DNA of 32,000 nucleotides from Pseudodesulfovibrio piezophilus C1TLV30. Its GTDB lineage: Bacteria > Desulfobacterota > Desulfovibrionia > Desulfovibrionales > Desulfovibrionaceae. The stretch is taken from contig NC_020409.1 of the NCBI RefSeq assembly GCF_000341895.1, forward strand, positions 1,740,001 through 1,772,000. Reading direction: 5' to 3'. The notes under the pieces were generated by a model. It had not been told where the DNA came from, searched no databases, and saw nothing but the letters and a program-made list of their open reading frames with translations. This document shows positions 16,929-25,045 of this stretch, in pieces. The translations under genes and the position numbers were made by a program. Each line of letters begins with the position of its first letter. Within the stretch, counting starts at the first letter, position 1.

Positions 16929-17807
16929 TCACTTTCCTGCGGTCCGACTTCTTTTTTTCGCACCTTTTCCAGCGCTCTTCTTTGCCGCGCTTCCTGCTGC
17001 TTTCTTCTTTTCAAGAGTTCTTTGTTCACTCCCGAAGGCATCTTCGGCAGCCGATGACACCTGTCCCGGCTTTTCCCCAACGTGCAGATAAACAATACCC
17101 GACATCATGGGGACGTGATAAACCCGTGCAAATCCGGCTTGCATCATTTCTTCTGCCAGAGAACGCTCGTCAGGGAACGTCTTGATACTTTCGGCAAGAT
17201 ATCGATAGGCTCCGGGATCGCCGGAAATACGATCACCGATAAACGGTAACAATTTATCGAGATAAAAATTGTAAAAGCCCTTCCAGACCCGCTTGCTCCC
17301 GGTACCGAACTCCAGAATGCATAATCGGGCACCGGGCTTGAGCACCCGGAAAAACTCACTGTACGCGTCCTCGCGGGGCAGAATATTACGGATGCCAAAG
17401 GCAATGGTTGCTGCGCCCATGCAGTTGTCCGGCAAGGGGAGTGCGCGCCCGTCGGCCTGAACCGGGAAAATCTTTTTTTCACGGCCGTCCTTGAGTTTTT
17501 TTGCCTTGCCGTTTTCCAGCATGGGCAGGGAAAAATCAAGGGCCGCAATCGAACTCTGCGGGTATTGTCTCAGCAATTCGACGGAAACATCCATGGTTCC
17601 GGCGGCCAGGTCCAGCACAGTCTCTCCCGGAGCCGGACGGGCTGCTTTGGCCAGCCGGTAACGCCAGTAGATATCCTGACACCCGGACAGAGCATGGTTA
17701 AGAAAATCATACCACCCGGCGATACGGCCAAACATATCGGACACACGTTTCCCGTGCTCATCATGTGTCGTGGCCCCCGTTGCGGACCGGACTTCAGACC
17801 TGGTCAT
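16929..17807 (-). CDS. ubiE: Demethylmenaquinone/ubiquinone methyltransferase (UbiE/MenG) with a Lys/Ala-rich C-terminal extension
   Basis: 292 aa. VSDMFGRIAGWYDFLNHALS and the SAM motif VLDLAAGTMDVS. The canonical family end (GIVYLHVGEKP) is followed by ~45 extra residues rich in K and A. Confidence 0.88.
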   Translation of the reverse strand: MTRSEVRSATGATTHDEHGKRVSDMFGRIAGWYDFLNHALSGCQDIYWRYRLAKAARPAPGETVLDLAAGTMDVSVELLRQYPQSSIAALDFSLPMLENGKAKKLKDGREKKIFPVQADGRALPLPDNCMGAATIAFGIRNILPREDAYSEFFRVLKPGARLCILEFGTGSKRVWKGFYNFYLDKLLPFIGDRISGDPGAYRYLAESIKTFPDERSLAEEMMQAGFARVYHVPMMSGIVYLHVGEKPGQVSSAAEDAFGSEQRTLEKKKAAGSAAKKSAGKGAKKRSRTAGK

Positions 17808-18017
17808 CTATTCGCCCTGTCCCGCACTCTCTTGTGCGGCCAATTCTTCTGCTCGCGACCCGTCCCCGGCAGTCTCTCCGGTGATGGTCCGCATGACATC
17901 CTTATAAATGACATCAAAATTCTGACCAAAATTGCTGGGAGAAATCCGCCCCACCTCGATAAACTTGATCACCACTTCTTTGGCGACCTGCAAAGCCTGT
18001 TTCTGATATTTGTCCAT
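17808..18017 (-). CDS. Small hypothetical protein (69 aa) translationally abutted to ubiE
   Basis: Preferred start is ATG 18017 (MDKYQKQALQVAKEVV, GGGAG 5 nt upstream). The track start at 18038 is TTG. The stop TAG (17810..17808) directly abuts the ubiE ATG (17807..17805). Confidence 0.6.
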   Translation of the reverse strand: MDKYQKQALQVAKEVVIKFIEVGRISPSNFGQNFDVIYKDVMRTITGETAGDGSRAEELAAQESAGQGE

Positions 18018-18041
18018 AAGAATCTCCCGTGTATACAATGT

Positions 18042-18097
18042 AAAAAACCGCCCGGTGGGAAATGGCCTTGACCAACATAGTCAGGGTAGCCGGGCGG
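18042..18097 (-). terminator. Intrinsic terminator-like two-tier hairpin plus U6, immediately upstream of the small-ORF/ubiE operon
   Basis: On the minus strand: CCGCCCGG..(inner CCTGAC/GTCAAGG helix)..CCGGGCGG followed by TTTTTT. It ends about 14 nt before the SD of the 69-aa ORF. Confidence 0.6.
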
Positions 18098-18120
18098 GAA
18101 AAAAGGAAAGAAACCGAAAA

Positions 18121-18231
18121 GCCCCCTTCTTTTTTGCGCGATCAGTAGCACGAGCCACCACGGTAAGTCGAGGATTTTAGCCATCAAATCCCGCCGGACA
18201 AGCTCCTGCCAGAACGTCCTACGGGGGGGGC
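18121..18231 (-). other. Long imperfect rod-like hairpin (~110 nt) in a gene-free region; candidate leader or ncRNA element
   Basis: Pairing seen by eye: GCCCCC (18121-26) with GGGGGC (18226-31); GTAGCACG (18145-52) with CGTCCTAC (18215-22, one mismatch); CGAGGATTT (18169-77) with AAATCCCG (18186-93). The strand assignment follows the downstream minus-strand terminator. Confidence 0.35.
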
Positions 18232-18436
18232 GATTCTCCTTGAGAAGAAATTTGCGCTCCAGGCAAGAACGGAGAGAAGAACCGTATTACAGCTTTCTTC
18301 GCAGCACATCCCCGACGTGGCCGATTTTCCAGCTTGCAAAGGCATGGGAATGGCAGTTCACATCATCTTTTCGGGAAGGTCAAGATTCCGGAAAATAATA
18401 CCTCCCCCCCTTGCCAACATTGAAAACCCTTGTTAG

Positions 18437-18958
18437 ATGGTATCTATGCAATCTCTAGATTTTTTCTCAACAAAGCGGCGTTCGCCTTTCGGCCATATTT
18501 TCCGCGTGTTCTTTCTCGCACTCCTTCTGTGCACTCTCTCCCCCTCTCCTGTTGCTTCCGAAGTCATAGGGACTGTCGATACTGTCTTTCACATGTTTTC
18601 CCGCGATGACGACATCGTGGTGGAAGCCTTTGATGATCCCGACATACCGGGTGTGACCTGCTACTTGAGCCGCGCTCGCAAAGGGGGTGTCAAAGGAATG
18701 ATCGGTCTGGCCGAAGACCCGTCGGATGCATCCATCGAATGTGTTCGCACCGGGCCTATCGAAGTCCCTCAATCCGTCTTGTCCGGCAAGAAAGATGGTG
18801 AAAGAGTCTTCAAGAAGGCGACCTCACTGGTCTTCAAGTCCATGCAGGTCATTCGTTTCTATGACAAGAAGCGCGATGTTCTCATCTACATGGTTTACAG
18901 CGACAGAGTGGTTGAAGGGTCACCCAAAAACAGCGTGACTGTCGTCAAGGTTCAATAA
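18437..18958 (+). CDS. creA: CreA-family periplasmic protein
   Basis: 173 aa with a signal peptide. [80 protein letters not shown] closely tracks E. coli CreA as I remember it. Confidence 0.85.
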   Translation: MVSMQSLDFFSTKRRSPFGHIFRVFFLALLLCTLSPSPVASEVIGTVDTVFHMFSRDDDIVVEAFDDPDIPGVTCYLSRARKGGVKGMIGLAEDPSDASIECVRTGPIEVPQSVLSGKKDGERVFKKATSLVFKSMQVIRFYDKKRDVLIYMVYSDRVVEGSPKNSVTVVKVQ

Positions 18959-19055
18959 TCGGCTCAGCCATTCTCCTCGGCCTCCACTTTGAGGCAAGAG
19001 GGAATACGAGAACGGAAACATCAACTCCGGGACAGGCGCAGCCAGGGAGGGAATC

Positions 19056-19298
19056 ATGAGCAAGGAAGAACTTTCCCGATTGGTCGGCGATGTTCTGGAT
19101 GACCCAGCCATGCTGGCGGAAGCCATGAAGATCACCGACCAGACAACTCTGGAACACTATATCACTTCGAGAGGGTATGACCTGACCACGGGCGAAATAT
19201 CAGAAGCCTGGACCATGAGCACCGTGATGCTCACTGAGAGCACTCACTCCTTCGCCCCCTCCAGTTCGTCCGGCAAAGGCTCACTCAAATTTTCATGA
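19056..19298 (+). CDS. Nif11-like N-terminal domain small protein (leader-peptide-type architecture, 80 aa)
   Basis: GGGAGGGAATC lies directly before ATG 19056. MSKEELSRLVGDVLDDPAMLAEAMKITDQTTLEHYITSRGYDLTTGEISEAW follows the Nif11 pattern MS-EE-L..(F/L)..D-P-L-E..K..(A/S)-G-(F/Y)-(D/E)-(L/F)-T..E-(I/L). The C-terminal 28 aa are Ser/Thr-rich with no Cys. Confidence 0.65.
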   Translation: MSKEELSRLVGDVLDDPAMLAEAMKITDQTTLEHYITSRGYDLTTGEISEAWTMSTVMLTESTHSFAPSSSSGKGSLKFS

Positions 19299-19328
19299 TT
19301 ACTCGGGAATGGCCCGAGGAAAGTGGTT

Positions 19329-19361
19329 GGAAACGAGTGCCTCCCCCCGGCGCTCGTTTCC
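19329..19361. terminator. Hairpin between the convergent Nif11-like and OMP genes
   Basis: ggaaacgag-N15-ctcgtttcc (9-bp stem) in the 76-nt convergent gap. No strong U-tract. Confidence 0.4.
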
Positions 19362-19374
19362 CGCTGTATGAGAA

Positions 19375-20295
19375 TCAAAACGCGTATCGCCCACGAAAAT
19401 AGCCGCCAAAAGCATCTCTCACCGAATGGGATGAATGGAATTTCCCCGAGGAATCATACAGTTTATATTTCCTGGCATAATGATACTCAGGGCCGAGGGA
19501 AAAACTCCAGTGTTTATCTGGAACATAATCAAGGTATGCTCCGAGTGTGGATCGGACGATCCCCACATATCCGTTGCTCCGTACCGGACTGTCCGGGGAG
19601 AGGCGATACGTTTTGTCTGAACCGGTCAAGGCAAGACTGAATCCGACCACATCATCCCGATTCTTTTCCTTATCAAGCACCCCCATGGTAAGAAGTATGT
19701 CATGGAGCGTGCTCTGCGAAACAGCCAACACTAAGCCAAATTCTACATCACCGAACAGATCCTGACTCAAGGGATTGAGTGCGATGGTCTTCCCTGTCAG
19801 CCCCACCATCCATCCATTCCACAAATCATACGCAATCCCACCATCAAAACCGGCTCCCACCGCGCCAGGAAAGTCCGCTTCAAATGACGAGGATATCTGG
19901 CCGTTCACCCAATACCGCCAATCATCCAAGAACACATTGTCAAACAGTCGAGCCTGAAGTGTCACATCATGCAGATCTGTCCAGGGAGCCGCGCTGCCAG
20001 TGGCGAAACTGACGGATTTCACATTATCCCACATAAAATGGGACACGCCGTATGAAAACCTGAAAATGGAATAATCAACATCAATGGAAGATCGCAGGAC
20101 AGAGACGCCACCCGCACCGTCGGAAAACCCGGCAGCCCCGACAAAACTGGTATCCGCTTTCAGGCGAATCGTCTCGGAAACAGTGGTGGATGGCGAGAAC
20201 ATGAACCCCGGCGTCGGATTCAGACCAGCAGCTCCGGCAAAAGCTGATGTATTCCAGATCAGAATGAGACTCAAAATGACACAGTATCCACGCAT
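19375..20295 (-). CDS. Outer-membrane beta-barrel protein (family not recognised)
   Basis: Start re-set to ATG 20295 (MRGYCVILSLILIWNTSAFA signal peptide, AAGGG SD), giving 306 aa. Alternating hydrophobic strands. The C-terminal GRYAF ends in Phe, as is typical of OMPs. Confidence 0.6.
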   Translation of the reverse strand: MRGYCVILSLILIWNTSAFAGAAGLNPTPGFMFSPSTTVSETIRLKADTSFVGAAGFSDGAGGVSVLRSSIDVDYSIFRFSYGVSHFMWDNVKSVSFATGSAAPWTDLHDVTLQARLFDNVFLDDWRYWVNGQISSSFEADFPGAVGAGFDGGIAYDLWNGWMVGLTGKTIALNPLSQDLFGDVEFGLVLAVSQSTLHDILLTMGVLDKEKNRDDVVGFSLALTGSDKTYRLSPDSPVRSNGYVGIVRSTLGAYLDYVPDKHWSFSLGPEYHYARKYKLYDSSGKFHSSHSVRDAFGGYFRGRYAF

Positions 20296-20354
20296 GGGTG
20301 CCCTTGGTATCGACTCGCTTCTGTCTTCGCAAACTTCATGCTGCGCTTTGGGCG

Positions 20355-20391
20355 AAAAAAAGGCCCAAGCCCGGAAATCCGGGGTCGGGCC
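20355..20391 (-). terminator. Rho-independent terminator after secA
   Basis: On the minus strand: GGCCCgaCCCGGatttCCGGGcttGGGCC followed by TTTTTTT. Lies 39 nt after the secA stop. Confidence 0.8.
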
Positions 20392-20429
20392 AGAATATTT
20401 CATGTCACCGGCAGCAGACTGCCCCGGAA

Positions 20430-22976
20430 TCAGGAACCGCAGCATTTCTTGTATTTCTTGCCGGAACCGCAGGGACAGGGAGCATTGCGGGAAACCTTGG
20501 GCGCAGACCGTTTGACCGGCTCTTTCTTTTTCTCTTGCGAAGACTCGTGGTCGGTGTATTCCAACTCTTCGGACTGCTCGTGTTGGAACTCCTCGTCCTT
20601 GACCTCGGCCTCGATACGCAGATGGGAAAAAGCACGCATGACACTTTCCTTGATGGTGTAAACCAGCTCGGAAAAAAGCTCGAATCCTTCCCGTTTGTAC
20701 TCCTGCTTCGGATCTTTCTGACCATATCCACGCAGTCCGATACCATCACGCAGGTGATCCATATTGAGCAAATGCTCTTTCCAGTTCCGATCCAGTGAAT
20801 CGAGTAGAAAATAACGCAATATTTCCTGGAAATGAGTGGTGGTGGCAGTCCGCAAATAAGCAAAGATTTCGTCCACCCAGGCTTCAGCCTGCTCGCGATC
20901 CGGCAGGGTCACGTCCTGCCATGTCTCAAACCGCTCGAAATTGAAGACCTCTTCCAAACGAACGCGAACAGAGTCCACGGTCTCCTGGTCAACATCTTTC
21001 ATATCCAAAGCAGGCTCCAGAATTTCCTCCAGCAGATCAATGGCGTATTCGCGGGCAATGTCTTCCACGGTTTCAGCCTGCATCAAATCCCGACGCAAGG
21101 TGTAGATAACCTCGCGCTGCTGGTTCATGACATCATCATATTCCAAAAGCTGTTTACGGATTTCAAAGTGATGGGCTTCCACACGGGTTTGCGATTTCTC
21201 AATGGCACTTGAAACCATCTTGTTTTCGATAGCCATGCCATCTTCCAACCCCAGCTTGTCCATGATGCCCTGCAGTCGGTCAGAACCGAACAACCGCATG
21301 AGATCATCGTCCAAGGCAAGGTAGAACCTGGAAGAGCCGGGATCACCCTGACGACCGGAGCGCCCGCGCAACTGATTATCGATGCGCCGGGATTCATGCC
21401 GTTCAGTTCCGATGATATGCAGTCCACCCAGTTCCCGGACGCCTTCGCCGAGTTTGATATCCGTTCCGCGACCAGCCATGTTGGTAGCAATGGTCACTCT
21501 TTTCTGATGTCCGGCTTCGGCCACTATTTCGGCTTCCTTTTCGTGCTGTTTGGCATTGAGCACATTATGGGGAACCTTTTTCTTTTTGAGTAATGCGGAC
21601 AGCACTTCCGATTTTTCAATGGAGACGGTACCAACCAATGTCGGCTGGCCCCGGCGATAGCAGTCGGCAATATCCTCGGCAATGGCCTCGTATTTCTGCT
21701 CCTGCGTCTTGTAGATGGAATCCGGGTTGTCCTTTCGCACCATAGGACGATTGGTCGGAATGACCACGACCTCGAGATTGTAGATCTGGGAAAATTCGAC
21801 AGCTTCCGTATCCGCTGTTCCCGTCATGCCCGCGAGCTTGTCGTACATGCGAAAATAATTCTGGAACGTAATGGAAGCGAGAGTCTGATTCTCCGCTTCA
21901 ACCTTGACGTTCTCCTTGGCCTCAATGGCTTGATGCAGTCCATCCGAGAGCCGACGGCCCGGCATCAGACGACCGGTAAATTCATCGACCAGCACAACCT
22001 GATCATCCTTGATGATGTACTCGACATCATTCTGGAAACAATGATGCGCCTTTAAGGCCTGAAGCACATGGTGCTGAAGAGAAATATGTTGTGGATCAAA
22101 CAGGTTATCCACTCCGAGCATGGCCTCGACCTTTTCCACCCCTTCATCGGACAAAGTCACGGACTTGGTTTTCTCATCAAGCACAAAGTCCCCGTCAGGC
22201 ACGGCGTCCTTGTCTTCAGGGTCCATGGGCGAAGACTTGGTCAGGCTGGGAATAATGGCATCCACCCGGCGGTACAGGCCCGAGGATTTTTCACCCGGAC
22301 CGGAAATGATCAGCGGGGTTCGCGCTTCATCAATGAGGATGGAATCGACTTCATCGACGATAGCAAAATTCAGCGGCCGCTGAACCAACTGCTCCTTGTA
22401 GAATTTCATGTTGTCGCGCAGATAGTCAAAACCGAATTCATTATTGGTTCCGTAGGTAATGTCTGCGCCATAGGCCTGTTGCCGCTCCTGGTCGGACAGG
22501 CCGTGGACGATAACACCGACGGAAAGTCCCAGGAAAGAATAGAGCTGGTTCATCCATTCGGCATCACGCGAAGCAAGATAGTCATTGACCGTAATGACAT
22601 GAACACCCTTGCCGGACAGGGCATTAAGGACAACCGGCAGGGTTGCGACCAGGGTCTTTCCTTCACCGGTCTTCATCTCGGCTATTTTGCCCTGATGCAG
22701 GACATACCCGCCAATGAGCTGGGCGTCGAAATGACGCATGGGTGGGTCAAAGGCTCTCCTGCCTGCTTCACGCACCAGGGCAAAGCACTCGGGAAGCAGA
22801 TCATCCAGGGTCTTGACGCCGGATTCAACCTGCCCTCTCCACATGGCTATGGTGGCGGGAAAATCTTCATCGGAAAGAGCTTCCATCTTCGATTCAAAAC
22901 TATTGATCGCATCGACGACGGGTTGAAGTTTTTTCAGGTATCGGTCGTTCTTGGAACCGAAGAGAAACTTGAGCAT
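20430..22976 (-). CDS. secA: Preprotein translocase ATPase SecA
   Basis: 848 aa. [16 protein letters not shown] start, Walker [28 protein letters not shown], and the C-terminal zinc motif [14 protein letters not shown]. Confidence 0.97.
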   Translation of the reverse strand: MLKFLFGSKNDRYLKKLQPVVDAINSFESKMEALSDEDFPATIAMWRGQVESGVKTLDDLLPECFALVREAGRRAFDPPMRHFDAQLIGGYVLHQGKIAEMKTGEGKTLVATLPVVLNALSGKGVHVITVNDYLASRDAEWMNQLYSFLGLSVGVIVHGLSDQERQQAYGADITYGTNNEFGFDYLRDNMKFYKEQLVQRPLNFAIVDEVDSILIDEARTPLIISGPGEKSSGLYRRVDAIIPSLTKSSPMDPEDKDAVPDGDFVLDEKTKSVTLSDEGVEKVEAMLGVDNLFDPQHISLQHHVLQALKAHHCFQNDVEYIIKDDQVVLVDEFTGRLMPGRRLSDGLHQAIEAKENVKVEAENQTLASITFQNYFRMYDKLAGMTGTADTEAVEFSQIYNLEVVVIPTNRPMVRKDNPDSIYKTQEQKYEAIAEDIADCYRRGQPTLVGTVSIEKSEVLSALLKKKKVPHNVLNAKQHEKEAEIVAEAGHQKRVTIATNMAGRGTDIKLGEGVRELGGLHIIGTERHESRRIDNQLRGRSGRQGDPGSSRFYLALDDDLMRLFGSDRLQGIMDKLGLEDGMAIENKMVSSAIEKSQTRVEAHHFEIRKQLLEYDDVMNQQREVIYTLRRDLMQAETVEDIAREYAIDLLEEILEPALDMKDVDQETVDSVRVRLEEVFNFERFETWQDVTLPDREQAEAWVDEIFAYLRTATTTHFQEILRYFLLDSLDRNWKEHLLNMDHLRDGIGLRGYGQKDPKQEYKREGFELFSELVYTIKESVMRAFSHLRIEAEVKDEEFQHEQSEELEYTDHESSQEKKKEPVKRSAPKVSRNAPCPCGSGKKYKKCCGS

Positions 22977-22984
22977 TGAGACTC

Positions 22985-23767
22985 CTAGGTATCTTGATCG
23001 CTGTCGCCGTCAGCAGCGACAAGGGCTTCAAACATGACGCAAAGCCCTGTTGATAATATGATTGCGCCCATACTTTGTAGAAAAGAGCGCGCGAGTATCG
23101 GCACCAGGGGGATATCCTGCCCTTGTGTGGGGTCCAGCATATCGCCACCATACACAGTGGCACCGATCCAAGGAATAAGCACGGGAGCGGCCAGAAGCAA
23201 GAGGCTGGAAACGATTTGTCGTCCTTTCCCCCTGGTCAGACTGATGGAAGCCACAAGAGGCTCCCGTTCCGTGCCTGTCAGGGCCGAATACACGAAAACC
23301 AGCCGGATATAAACCAACAGGAACAGAATAAACCCGATGCCGACTATTAGTGGAAACAGGACTGCCGCAGCCGTACCGAATACAAAGCCTATCAGGGACG
23401 GAACAACTTGTGTGGCAAAGAAACTCCCAAGCTTGAAGAGCAGTATCAGGACATAATAATAGGCAGCAGCCTTGCCGAGCTTGACGAGCAGATTCTCGAC
23501 AGACCATGCAAAATCAGTCCCAGGCGCAAGAATACGATAATGCAGGAAAGCCAGTACCGGACCAAAAACCATCGCTTCCGGGAGAAGAAGCCACCCCTGA
23601 TCAAAGGGATCAAACACATAGACGCCAGGGAAAATCCCACGCATCGTATTCGCCAAACCGAACAGGAGAAAAAGTACACCGGCCAGCGGCAGGATATCAC
23701 GCCACCGCTCGGCCAGACGGCCCAGGGTCTGACGGCTGACATCCACAGTGGAAAAAATCTTTTTCAT
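22985..23767 (-). CDS. Hypothetical polytopic membrane protein
   Basis: 260 aa with about 6 hydrophobic segments and an acidic C-terminus. GGAG SD. Stop lies 8 nt before the secA start. No family recognised. Confidence 0.6.
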   Translation of the reverse strand: MKKIFSTVDVSRQTLGRLAERWRDILPLAGVLFLLFGLANTMRGIFPGVYVFDPFDQGWLLLPEAMVFGPVLAFLHYRILAPGTDFAWSVENLLVKLGKAAAYYYVLILLFKLGSFFATQVVPSLIGFVFGTAAAVLFPLIVGIGFILFLLVYIRLVFVYSALTGTEREPLVASISLTRGKGRQIVSSLLLLAAPVLIPWIGATVYGGDMLDPTQGQDIPLVPILARSFLQSMGAIILSTGLCVMFEALVAADGDSDQDT

Positions 23768-23867
23768 GTCACTCCGAATACGGTCATTTCAAGGTCCATC
23801 ATCTTCCACGAGGCAATCTCAGGTACCACAAAGCCCCTGACGGGCAAAGCCGAACATGACGAATGTT

Positions 23868-25022
23868 TCACGTCTGTGACGAAACACGGCCACCTGATCC
23901 CCGATTGATCATTTCCAACCAATGTCCGACTCGGACTCTTTCCGGTGCGGTCGCCCCCAGCCGGGCCGCACACGCCGAGCAACCTGTCACGACCACGGGC
24001 ATGGCCCCAAGCCGATCCCAACACTGACTGGTGACCTGATCGGCCAATTCCGGGGCGCCCAACCCCATCACACCGCCAAAACCGCAACACTCCTTGTCTG
24101 AAGCCGTTTCCAGTCGTCCGCCGAGGATGCGCTTCAGGAACATGAAATCCGAATCCGCAGCATCATGATGGCACGGGCGATGATATCCCAGACTCGCCGG
24201 AGCATCATCGGCAATCAAAAAATCCACATCCCCTATCCAACCGGCAAGGGGAGTCAACGAGGCTTGCCAAAGATTCTTCTCCGGTTCATTGGAAAAATCG
24301 TCATAGTCCGACAATCCCGCAAGACATGATGCGCAAAAGACCAGCACCTTGGGCCTCCCGGCCGCCCGCCAGATTTGGATGTTGTGCCGGGCTACGTCCT
24401 CGGCCTCATGCGGGCACCCCGCAGCCCTTAAGCCGCTCCCGCAGCATTTGAAATCATCAGGGAGAAGATGGACTCCAAGCCCTTCCAGTAGAAAGCGGGC
24501 AGAAGCCAACCAATCTTTTTGCACATGATTGGCCGTGCATCCGGCAAACAGAAGAACCGGCGTTTCCTCATATGTCTTCGGGAACGCCCGCACCGACAGG
24601 CACGGCTCAAGCCCGACTCCCCCCTTCAAACCAGCCAGCATCTTAAGATGTCTGCCGAGTTTTTCCGGTTGAAACTTCTTTGGGATAAGCTTGGCAACAG
24701 TGGACCCCGAAGACCAGAGAGAACCGGCATTGGTGAGCCATGTTTTCCAAAGCCATCGTTTGAAATCAGGATGTGCCCCACGCAACGCTGACACCATACC
24801 CGGAGCATCCACGCCATGCGAGCATGCTTTTCGGCAGCGATGGCACCCAAGGCACAGACCGGCCAGCCGGGTGACGTCTTCTCCGCTCAGCAACAACTCG
24901 TCATCACGCAACATGGCCGAAAGCTCGGTCTTGGCACGTGGTCCGAGTTCCTCTCTTCTAGTGGCGTTGAGAAGCGGACAGACCTCAAGGCACTTGCCGC
25001 ACAGAATACATTGACGAGTCAT
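23868..25022 (-). CDS. FeS subunit of a GlcF-like (glycolate oxidase / D-lactate dehydrogenase type) oxidoreductase
   Basis: Start re-set to ATG 25022 (MTRQCILCGKCLEVCP). Two 4Fe-4S motifs (CILCGKCLEVCP, CLGCHRCRKAC) and two CCG-type motifs (CCGSG, CCGFGG). Lies 23 nt after the FAD-subunit stop. Confidence 0.85.
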   Translation of the reverse strand: MTRQCILCGKCLEVCPLLNATRREELGPRAKTELSAMLRDDELLLSGEDVTRLAGLCLGCHRCRKACSHGVDAPGMVSALRGAHPDFKRWLWKTWLTNAGSLWSSGSTVAKLIPKKFQPEKLGRHLKMLAGLKGGVGLEPCLSVRAFPKTYEETPVLLFAGCTANHVQKDWLASARFLLEGLGVHLLPDDFKCCGSGLRAAGCPHEAEDVARHNIQIWRAAGRPKVLVFCASCLAGLSDYDDFSNEPEKNLWQASLTPLAGWIGDVDFLIADDAPASLGYHRPCHHDAADSDFMFLKRILGGRLETASDKECCGFGGVMGLGAPELADQVTSQCWDRLGAMPVVVTGCSACAARLGATAPERVRVGHWLEMINRGSGGRVSSQT

Positions 25023-25045
25023 GATTGTTCCGACCTTTCCGCCCC

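Noticed and set aside
18121-18231. The long rod-like hairpin looked like a 4.5S/SRP RNA.
   Set aside because: Neither strand shows the conserved helix-8 features: a GGAA/GNRA tetraloop flanked by the AGCAGC and GGAAG-type loops. The apical loop here is tagccatc. I kept it as an unassigned structured element.
18223-18245. GGGGGGGGCGATTCTCC resembles the 5' end of tmRNA (GGGGCTGATTCTGG), and smpB is in the window.
   Set aside because: No tRNA-like 3' end (T-arm, GGTTCGAATCC-type, or CCA-proximal acceptor) and no tag reading frame. Only about 210 nt remain before creA, and smpB is 9 kb away.
18184-18345. A 53-aa minus-strand ORF (MPLQAGKSATSGMCCEESCN..) inside the gene-free region, and a 31-aa plus-strand ORF (MGMAVHIIFSGRSRFRKIIPPPLANIENPC) at about 18343-18438.
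   Set aside because: The first has no SD at proper spacing. The second has AAAGG only 2 nt from its ATG. Both have low-complexity, structure-driven sequence, and both overlap the hairpins. They are probably not coding.
20296-20445. N-terminal 50-codon extension of the OMP ORF, overlapping the secA 3' end.
   Set aside because: It would span the secA terminator. A textbook signal peptide begins at the internal ATG 20295.
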